Shown one piece after another: positions 25,000-32,000 of a stretch of DNA of 32,000 nucleotides. Position numbers and translations under genes: made by a program. The stretch lies in assembly GCA_031255005.1 (NCBI GenBank), contig JAIRTH010000011.1, positions 1-32,000 of the forward strand. The letters run 5' to 3'. The first letter of the stretch is position 1. Each line of letters opens with the position of its first letter. Below the pieces are notes generated by a model that did no database searches, was not told where the DNA came from, and saw only the letters and a list, made by a program, of their open reading frames with translations. Origin of the DNA: Puniceicoccales bacterium (GTDB taxonomy: Bacteria; Verrucomicrobiota; Verrucomicrobiia; Opitutales; LL51).

Positions 25000-25398
25000 A
25001 TGAAAGTAATGAAAAAAGTTTTGTTTATAGATGACGATAAGGTGTTTTTAGATACGCAATCTAAGTTTTTGGCATTGAGCGGGTTTGATGTGATGAAGTC
25101 CATGGAGGGCTTGGACGGATTAGATAGTCTCGAACGGGAAACGCCGGATATTATTATTTGTGATATAAAGATGGAAAATTTTAATGGTTTTGATTTTTTG
25201 AATAAATTTTCGCAAACTCGGTTTTTCCACAAAATACCATTTTTATGCATAAGTGGTTATACCGCAGAAGGTATGGCTGCAAAGTGCGTGAATTGTGGTG
25301 CCGATGGATATCTGAAAAAACCTATTGATTGTGATATACTTATCTATGCAATTTTTGCACTTATTCTCTATTATTCCGGTGAATTGAAAATGGCATAG
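25000..25398 (+). CDS. Stand-alone response-regulator receiver (CheY-like) protein
   Basis: 132 aa with acidic pocket FIDDD, phospho-acceptor context DIIICDIKM, CISGY and conserved Lys in GYLKKP. No output domain. Confidence 0.85.
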   Translation: MKVMKKVLFIDDDKVFLDTQSKFLALSGFDVMKSMEGLDGLDSLERETPDIIICDIKMENFNGFDFLNKFSQTRFFHKIPFLCISGYTAEGMAAKCVNCGADGYLKKPIDCDILIYAIFALILYYSGELKMA

Positions 25399-25472
25399 AA
25401 TGCTATTGATTTTCTTTTTTTGAGAGTTTTCCTATTGACCATTGGCCAAAAAAATCACTTGTTTGTACAAAC

Positions 25473-25562
<90 letters not shown>

Positions 25563-25860
25563 GGGATTTATAATTCTGGGCTGTGGCTATTATCTGATAG
25601 AAAATTTTTGCCCTGGTTCCGAATGAAGGAATCGAAACATTCAGTTTAGATATTTTCAAAATTTTTCACTAGACTTAAGGGCAGCAATGATGGGGGTGTC
25701 AATGGAATGGTGCTGTTTTGGTGAGTCCAATGAAAATTATATGGAATGTGAATTTTTTTTAAAATCAATGGTAGAAGGCAAGAAATAATCACCATATTGT
25801 TTTTTTATTTTAGAAAAAACTTGCAAAATATCTAATAGCCGTAGGGTGCAAATATTACTT

Positions 25861-25937
25861 GTCCCGTTCGTCTAGTCGGTCCAGGACACCGGATTTTCAT
25901 TCCGGCAACATGGGTTCGAATCCCATACGGGATGCCA
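25861..25937 (+). tRNA. tRNA-Glu (anticodon UUC)
   Basis: Acceptor gtcccgt/acgggat (G1-U72 wobble), anticodon stem ccgga/tccgg with loop ttTTCat, T-arm atggg-ttcgaat-cccat, encoded CCA. Confidence 0.85.
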
Positions 25938-26390
25938 GCATTTGATTTTTTTATATTTTTTATGAAATGTATGTTATGTGATAAATATTTTTGTTGACAT
26001 TTGTGTAAAATGCATGTTGTATTATCTAATGAAAACAATTAATAGGCTTTATAAATCATCATGTGCGGCTTCTGAGTTTTTTTTATCCAATTGTACTAAA
26101 AGTAGTTAGAGCAAAAATGCGAAGAGTTATTTGATGAAATTGGTTTTATGGTTTTCAAAGTAGGTGGTGAGGTGGATTGAGTAGTATTAGAAAGGAGGAT
26201 TTGTTAAAATAGATAAAAATTATTGATATTGGAGTTAGTGGCAAAGATATTGAGCTATATAAGTATTTAGTTCCATCGATAGGCCATTTATTTTGTGGGA
26301 TTTACTGTTTGGATTTTAAACCGCAGATCATTTAGATGAGAATATTTTCGTTGATATTTTTCGTTGTTTTTATATCCTATAAAAACGATT

Positions 26391-26858
26391 ATGAATAAGG
26401 CGATTGTTTATTTTTGTTTGATGATTGGCTTATTTCTTGGTATAGAAAAGTCTTATGCAATAAAAAGTTTTGCGATAGTCGAAAGCTATAATGGTAGTGT
26501 TTTTGAAGGTATACTTTTACTGTATAGTAGTGGAGATTATAAATATGAATTGCCATCCATTGATTGGTCGGATCCAGAAAGTGAGATTAATAATGGATGT
26601 GAATATATAAAAAATCAAATTGGGTGTAATGTCTGCTATTCGATGCTATTTACCAGGCTATTTGCCAGAGCAGAGCCAGAGCCTAATGATGATAGGTTTA
26701 TTATTTTTACCATACTTCCTGGGGAGCGTCCAGAAAAAGGAGAGATATTTTCGGCTGAAAAAATCACTAATATATGCGAAAAAGGCAAAATAGATGTGCA
26801 ATGTATTGACAAGCTTATAGCAATTGCAAGGCCATGGTCGTCTCTGAATAGACATTAA
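26391..26858 (+). CDS. Small secreted Cys-containing hypothetical protein
   Basis: The ATG at 26391 gives MNKAIVYFCLMIGLFLGIEKSYA, a signal-peptide-like start (track start is TTG 26364). No recognisable domain. A ~450-bp non-coding spacer lies upstream. Confidence 0.5.
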   Translation: MNKAIVYFCLMIGLFLGIEKSYAIKSFAIVESYNGSVFEGILLLYSSGDYKYELPSIDWSDPESEINNGCEYIKNQIGCNVCYSMLFTRLFARAEPEPNDDRFIIFTILPGERPEKGEIFSAEKITNICEKGKIDVQCIDKLIAIARPWSSLNRH

Positions 26859-26884
26859 AATAGACTATATATTTGATGGTCAAA

Positions 26885-28039
26885 TTATACCTTATCTAGC
26901 TCTTGGATAGTGGTTTGTCCGTTTTTTACGGCAATCATTGCCTGGGTTTTCAGTGGTATGAGGCCTTGGATCGTTGATATTTTTTGCAAACTTTCCAATG
27001 AGGCCATGTTTCTTATGGCTTGTTTGATTTCTTTGTCAATGTCCAGCCATTCGTATATGCCGAAACGTCCGGAGTATCCGCTGTGGTTACATTTCGGACA
27101 GCCGTGGCCAATATAACATTCGCAACCAGCAAGTTCTGGATATTTTACTGTGGTGTTTTTTTCAATAAATATTTTCTTTTTGCAATTTTCGCATATTTTG
27201 CGCAAGAGCCTTTGGGCGAGAATTCCACGTATGGTGTCGGATATTAAAAACGGTTCTATTCCCATATCAATGAGTCTTGTTATTGCGCCTGGAGCGTCGT
27301 TTGTGTGCAATGTGCCGAGGACTAGATGTCCCGTAAGTGCCGCTTGTATAGCGATTTTTGCTGTAATTGAGTCTCTCAGCTCTCCTATCAAAATTTTGTC
27401 TGGGTCATGTCTTAGGAATGCGCGTAGAGCTTTTTCGAAAGATAGTCCAATATCATCTCGTACGTTAACTTGCACCATGCCATCGATTTCGTATTCCACT
27501 GGATCTTCGATGGTTAGAATTTTCGTCGCTTCATCATTTATTTCGTGCAATGCACTATAAAGTGTGGTGGTTTTGCCACTGCCCGTTGGACCAGTTGTCA
27601 ATAAGATTCCAGAGCCTGACCTTAAATTCTCTCGGATTTTTGTCAATATATTTTGAGAAATTCCCATTTTATCTAGGTTAAAATGCCAGGAAGTTTTATC
27701 CAATATGCGCAGGACAACGCTTTCGCCGTATTGAGTTGGCAGGGTGGAGACGCGAAAGTCTACGATTCGATCCAAGTAGATTTTTTCAATGTGGCCATCC
27801 TGTGGTAGTCTTTTTTCCGCAAGATCCAGACTGGCAAGGGTTTTTATTCTTGAAATTATCGCATCGCCCAGATGTCTATCTGGTGCAGGCAGCTCTTGCA
27901 GGACGCCATCTATTCGTAATCTTATCGCAACGGAGTCTGCAAATGTTTCGAAATGAGCATCCGAGGCCTTGTGGGCGATGGCGTGTTCCAAAACATGGTC
28001 CACGAATTTTATTATTGGAGATTCATTATCGAAAGACAT
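26885..28039 (-). CDS. GspE/PilB-family type II/IV secretion ATPase, short form lacking the N1 domain
   Basis: 384 aa. N2-type start SPIIKFVDHVLEHAIAHKASDAHFE, LAEKRLPQDGH, Walker A GPTGSGKTT, Walker B ILIGELRD, His box GHLVLGTLHTNDA, and the tetracysteine cluster CENC...CPKC typical of GspE/PilB but not PilT. Confidence 0.85.
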   Translation of the reverse strand: MSFDNESPIIKFVDHVLEHAIAHKASDAHFETFADSVAIRLRIDGVLQELPAPDRHLGDAIISRIKTLASLDLAEKRLPQDGHIEKIYLDRIVDFRVSTLPTQYGESVVLRILDKTSWHFNLDKMGISQNILTKIRENLRSGSGILLTTGPTGSGKTTTLYSALHEINDEATKILTIEDPVEYEIDGMVQVNVRDDIGLSFEKALRAFLRHDPDKILIGELRDSITAKIAIQAALTGHLVLGTLHTNDAPGAITRLIDMGIEPFLISDTIRGILAQRLLRKICENCKKKIFIEKNTTVKYPELAGCECYIGHGCPKCNHSGYSGRFGIYEWLDIDKEIKQAIRNMASLESLQKISTIQGLIPLKTQAMIAVKNGQTTIQELDKV

Positions 28040-28195
28040 ACATTTATCTTAACATCTGTGGCATGAACCAGATACGCCTTGATGATCAGGATTTTGAGTA
28101 ACAAAATTTTTATGTCAAAATGTTTTGTTATTTTGAAATTATAATATTGTTTCTGGACTTTATTAGAAACTTAAGTATTAGTCCACAATTATTTT

Positions 28196-30001
28196 ATGTA
28201 TTTTGAGACTTTTGGATCTTTATTGTCTGGGCTTTGGTCATGCATTTGTGTCATAGTATTTTTTGGTGGCTCCATCGTTATTCATGAACTTGGGCACTAT
28301 CTTGCCGCAAGGAGGTTAGGGTTTTTCATACCGAGGTTTTCCATCGGCTTTGGGCCAAAGATATTTTCTTGGAGGCGAAGAGAGACAGAATTTCGGTTGT
28401 CACTGTTGCCGTTTGGTGGCTATGTTGCTCTGCCGCAATTGGCTGAAATGAAAGAAATAGAGGGTGAATTTAAAATTCCCGATGGTTTGCCGATGCCAAC
28501 CTGCATGGGTAAAATAATTGTGGCATCCATGGGTGTGATATTCAATCTGATATTTGCGTTTATACTGGCGTCGATCATTTGGATTGTTGGATGTGAGAGG
28601 CCGAGCAGTTTGATGACGAATATCATTGGTTATGTGCACGAGGAAATTCAGATCAGAAATGGCCAAAATGTTAGTGGACCTGCTCATGTGGCTGGTCTAA
28701 AACCTGGTGACGAAATTCTAAGCATAGATGGTAATCGTGTTAAAAGTTTTTCTGAGATAATGACTTGCATCGTGCTTGGCACTAATCGAAGTCCGGATGA
28801 TCGACCATTGTCGGTGTTGCAGATTCGGCGGGCAGGAGATATTTTTAATGTGAATGTTTATCCAGAGCTTGTGGTGAAAAACGAAGCTTCGGGCGATTCC
28901 ATGCGTACCATAGGAATAGAAATGGCTCAGAAATTGATTGTCCATAAGGTACTTAAGCACACTCCTGCAGAAAAAGCTGGCCTACGTAGTGGTGATATTA
29001 TTTTGAAAATTGACGATAATGATGTTTTTTCCGTCACACAGTTGAATGAGATTATTAATTCTGGAAATGAGTCGCATTTTATGACTATCCAATCAGGGAA
29101 TGATCAAAAATCGTTGATGCTGAAATCTATAGCTATGCCATCGAAGAAGCCCTATATTAAATTACAGTTTGATGGCTGCTCTATGGAGATTTATCCAGAT
29201 TATGTCAATAACCAAAGTGTAAGCGATTTATTTAACGACGGGATGGTTTGTAAGTTGTTGGAATGGAAGCGCTCGGAAGGCGATAAATCCAATAAAGCCG
29301 TGGAGATCGGCAGCAGACTTGTTTCGGTGAGTTCTAAAAAAGTAGCAACGATGGCTGATTTGGTATTTATTTTGAAAAATACTAAAAATCCAGAATTTAA
29401 GTTTATATCAAAAAAAGGTTCCATCATGGAGGTTAGTTATGGGGATATAAAAGCTATGGAACTTATGCAGCCGGAGAAGGTCAATAGCATTGGCGTCATT
29501 TTTTTCGAGGGTACGACTTTGGTTCATCACGATCCACTATCGCAGGTGTTCGACAATATTAAAAACACTTTGATGACACTTAGGGGTTTGGTTTCGAGGA
29601 GGTCCGATGTGTCATTAAAAAATTTGATGGGTCCTCCGGGCATAATAAAGACACTTAACATGTTTGCATTGAGCGACTTTAGGTTATTATTGCTTTTTGT
29701 GATCACGTTGAATGTTAATCTTGCCATATTGAACATTTTGCCGATTCCGGTATTGGATGGCGGGCAAATTTTGATGACGATTGCCGAAAAAATGATTGGA
29801 AAAAATTTATCTGGAAATATTGCAGCGGCGATCCAGTTTTGGTTCATGATTTTATTTATGTTGCTCATTGTGTATGTTAGTTTTTTTGATATTCGAAGGT
29901 TTTTTGGTGACCATGCCGATGATATTGAAATAAAAAAGCGCATTAAATTGATGTTGCCGGAGCAGATCATTTGGAATGGCATGCCTCAGTCAGAGCAATA
30001 A
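28196..30001 (+). CDS. rseP: RIP (site-2) zinc metalloprotease RseP, long form
   Basis: 601 aa. HELGHY in the first TM, PDZ-like segments (GPAHVAGLKPGDEILSIDG, TPAEKAGLRSGDIILKIDD), and the C-terminal LNILPIPVLDGG motif. The periplasmic region is about 150 aa longer than the E. coli type. Confidence 0.9.
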   Translation: MYFETFGSLLSGLWSCICVIVFFGGSIVIHELGHYLAARRLGFFIPRFSIGFGPKIFSWRRRETEFRLSLLPFGGYVALPQLAEMKEIEGEFKIPDGLPMPTCMGKIIVASMGVIFNLIFAFILASIIWIVGCERPSSLMTNIIGYVHEEIQIRNGQNVSGPAHVAGLKPGDEILSIDGNRVKSFSEIMTCIVLGTNRSPDDRPLSVLQIRRAGDIFNVNVYPELVVKNEASGDSMRTIGIEMAQKLIVHKVLKHTPAEKAGLRSGDIILKIDDNDVFSVTQLNEIINSGNESHFMTIQSGNDQKSLMLKSIAMPSKKPYIKLQFDGCSMEIYPDYVNNQSVSDLFNDGMVCKLLEWKRSEGDKSNKAVEIGSRLVSVSSKKVATMADLVFILKNTKNPEFKFISKKGSIMEVSYGDIKAMELMQPEKVNSIGVIFFEGTTLVHHDPLSQVFDNIKNTLMTLRGLVSRRSDVSLKNLMGPPGIIKTLNMFALSDFRLLLLFVITLNVNLAILNILPIPVLDGGQILMTIAEKMIGKNLSGNIAAAIQFWFMILFMLLIVYVSFFDIRRFFGDHADDIEIKKRIKLMLPEQIIWNGMPQSEQ

Positions 30002-30032
30002 ATTATTGCGCATAGGTTTTTGAATTAGAAGC

Positions 30033-30109
30033 TGGTGGGAGATACTGGGCTCGAACCAGTGACCTCTTGCGTGTCATGCAAACGCTCTAACCAACTGAGC
30101 TAATCCCCC
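30033..30109 (-). tRNA. tRNA-Val (anticodon GAC)
   Basis: The reverse complement folds as gggggat ... tttgc-atGACac-gcaag ... actgg-ttcgagc-ccagt-atctccc-a-cca. Confidence 0.9.
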
Positions 30110-30226
30110 TCTCTTTTGCCAGAGAACTAATTTAGGTGGCCGGATCAAGAAAAATGTACAGTTATGTTGATTTGTTGAAAATTTATACTCTACTGTAAGG
30201 TGTTAACTAGGAATCAGATAAGGGTT

Positions 30227-32000
30227 ATGAGCTTAGAATCGGAAAAGCATAGTCGGGCCAGAGAAGTATTTCAAGGAATCATTCTTTTTGTGGTTGGGTT
30301 GCTAATGGCCATTGCATTATTTGGTTTTGATCCGAATCAGAGTCGGCTGGTCAGTACAGAAGCCATTGATACGCAATTGCATAGAAGTTTAATTAGTGGG
30401 CTAGGCATTTCTTTTTCGTTTTGGGTTAACCGGTTCGTTGGGTTTGCAAGTTTTACGATTCCATTATTTTTGCTATGGTTTTCCTCTGTAATATTATTCA
30501 AATTGCCGCGGGTATTTTCAAAATTTGTTTGGATTTATTCATTTTTCGCTATTTTGGCGCTGGCAGGATTGTTTTCGATTTTTCATATATATCTTCTTAA
30601 TGGAAAAGTTCTTACAGGGTTTTTTGATAACAAATTTTCAGCTGGATTGGGCGGGATAATTGGTACAAAAATATTCGATCAATTTTTGATGCCATTGGTT
30701 GGATTATTTGGCAGTTTTGCTGTGTTATTGGCGATATTTTTAGCCAGCGCGTGGCTGATTTTTAGAAGAACAAAGTCTATGGAGGATGGTGAAAAAAAAA
30801 GTCCGCAGCTGTTAAAGTGGATAAAAAAAGTATGTAATTTTCTATGGCGTTTTGCATCTCGTTTATTGCTTGTATGTTATGGATTTACTAAAAAAACATT
30901 TTTGGCGATTTTATCGGCTGAAAGAGCTATGGTTTCCTGGATTAGGGCGAAAAAGCTAGGCAAATCCGTGGCGACGGATTTTGCTTTGGATCTTTCCAAA
31001 AGCCAACCGATGGATTCACCAAAAGACGATGTGATTATTTCCGGAGCTGGAGGAAAAGAACTTGATGGAGCTGAGATGGCTGATTTTACTTCGAATTTTT
31101 CTGAAAATTTGCCAAAGAGTTTACCAAAAGACGATGTGATTATTTCTGGAGCTGGAGGAAAAGAGCTTGATGGAGCTGGGATGGCTGATTTTACTTCGAA
31201 TTTTTCTGAAAATTTGCCAAAGAGTAACGCCGCAAATATATCTATCACTAGCCCTTTGGTGGAGTCTGTTGTGGTTAGGGATTCGCGTAAAGTCGGTGAT
31301 TATGTGTTTCCTGGCACCGAGTTGCTGGAGCGTGGAAGTCTGAACCTTGTATCGAACGATGATCATGAAGTTGTTGCAGCTAGGCTTGTTAACATACTTG
31401 CTGAATTTGGTGTATCAGTAAGGCCGAGCGAAATTCATCGTGGTCCAGTCATAACCAGATATGAAATTTTGCCGGAGCCGGGTGTTAGGGTAGAAAAAAT
31501 TGTGAGTTTAGATAAAAATATTGCCCTTGGGTTGGCAGCCAAATCTGTACGAATCATCGCACCGGTCCCTGGGAAAAGCTGTGTTGGCGTGGAACTGCCT
31601 AATAGAGAACCGGTTACAGTGAGGCTGAGAGAAATCTTAGAATCCAAAGCCTGGGCCGAAATGCGTGCAGATATTCCGATTGTGCTTGGCCGCGGGGTTA
31701 CTGGTGAGCCAATTATAGCAGATTTAGCCAAGATGCCACATTTATTGATTGCCGGGTCAACGGGCTCTGGTAAGACAGTTTGCATAAATGCGGTCATTGC
31801 TTCGTTGCTATTCCATGGTTCGCCAGACGACCTTAGGTTTATAATGGTTGATCCAAAAATCGTTGAGATGCAAACGTTTAACGATTTGCCTCATATGCTA
31901 ATTCCTGTGGTTACGGACCCAAAAAAGGTTCCCAATGCTTTGAAATGGTTGATATCGGAGATGGAAAATCGCTATCAGATATTTGCAAAGGTAGGTGTTA
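30227..32000 (+). CDS. ftsK: DNA translocase FtsK (5' part; continues past the right edge)
   Basis: ATG at 30227. Four to five N-terminal TM segments, a linker, then alpha/beta motor motifs GPVITRYEI, VRIIAPVPGKSCVGVELPN, Walker A LIAGSTGSGKTV and MVDPKIVEM. It is not in the ORF track because it has no stop inside the window. Confidence 0.9.
   Translation, partial: MSLESEKHSRAREVFQGIILFVVGLLMAIALFGFDPNQSRLVSTEAIDTQLHRSLISGLGISFSFWVNRFVGFASFTIPLFLLWFSSVILFKLPRVFSKFVWIYSFFAILALAGLFSIFHIYLLNGKVLTGFFDNKFSAGLGGIIGTKIFDQFLMPLVGLFGSFAVLLAIFLASAWLIFRRTKSMEDGEKKSPQLLKWIKKVCNFLWRFASRLLLVCYGFTKKTFLAILSAERAMVSWIRAKKLGKSVATDFALDLSKSQPMDSPKDDVIISGAGGKELDGAEMADFTSNFSENLPKSLPKDDVIISGAGGKELDGAGMADFTSNFSENLPKSNAANISITSPLVESVVVRDSRKVGDYVFPGTELLERGSLNLVSNDDHEVVAARLVNILAEFGVSVRPSEIHRGPVITRYEILPEPGVRVEKIVSLDKNIALGLAAKSVRIIAPVPGKSCVGVELPNREPVTVRLREILESKAWAEMRADIPIVLGRGVTGEPIIADLAKMPHLLIAGSTGSGKTVCINAVIASLLFHGSPDDLRFIMVDPKIVEMQTFNDLPHMLIPVVTDPKKVPNALKWLISEMENRYQIFAKVGV
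31019..31225 (+). repeat. In-frame tandem duplication (2 x 105 bp) in the ftsK linker
   Basis: Unit PKDDVIISGAGGKELDGA(E/G)MADFTSNFSENLPKS starts at 31019 and again at 31124. Only a few substitutions separate the copies. Confidence 0.9.

Noticed and set aside
26910-28101. Several plus-strand ORFs (68-136 aa) across the GspE-like gene
   Set aside because: They are antisense to an ORF with complete Walker A/B, His box and tetracysteine motifs, so they are shadow ORFs.
31019-31225. Possible CRISPR or minisatellite
   Set aside because: There are only two units, they are contiguous with no spacers, and they are in-frame within ftsK. It is a coding tandem duplication, not a CRISPR array.
30877-31797. 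Minus-strand ORFs 30877..31248, 31121..31366 and 31435..31797, one with an internal repeated peptide
   Set aside because: They are antisense to ftsK, which is missing from the ORF track only because it runs off the window. The repeated peptide mirrors the 105-bp tandem duplication.

Overview
AT-rich bacterial chromosomal window, densely coding and mostly housekeeping. It carries the membrane-sector half of an F-type ATP synthase operon (atpB-E-F-H), then a SEDS protein (RodA/FtsW type), RNase G/E, ddl and ftsQ. It also carries metG, gltX, tadA, a DUF721/DciA-like gene, a YuiF-type transporter, rseP, the 5' part of ftsK, and five tRNA genes (Leu-UAA, Pro-CGG, Ser-GGA, Glu-UUC, Val-GAC), all with encoded CCA. 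I saw no rRNA, CRISPR array, transposase or integrase. Several accessory blocks sit among these genes. (1) At 13.6-17.6 kb there are three paralogous genes for signal-peptide-bearing proteins with an OTU-type cysteine-protease signature (VPGDGNCGYWAIA ... GAHWVV) and extremely Lys/Arg-rich C-terminal tails. Their catalytic sites diverge stepwise, and the third copy has lost both Cys and His. This is my best candidate for a previously undescribed secreted, eukaryote-directed (deubiquitinase-like, possibly nucleus-targeted) effector module. (2) At the left edge (1-2088, minus strand) is an array of Asn/Gln/Ser/Thr-rich orphan proteins that share a ~45-aa N-terminal module. Two copies lie inside a ~306-bp near-identical direct repeat that covers promoter plus 5' coding sequence. 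(3) An acidic CesT/YbjN-like (type III chaperone fold) ORF lies 7 bp upstream of a GNAT acetyltransferase. (4) An orphan GspE/PilB-type secretion ATPase lacks the N1 domain. (5) A minimal two-component pair (sensor-less histidine kinase plus stand-alone receiver) sits in a tRNA-flanked block. Smaller oddities are a frameshift-split ORF, a glycosyltransferase with a degraded 5' end, a 105-bp in-frame tandem duplication in ftsK, and C-depleted purine-rich tracts in the long spacers upstream of orphan genes. Taxonomy cannot be fixed from this window. The gene content suggests a host-associated bacterium, but that is inference.
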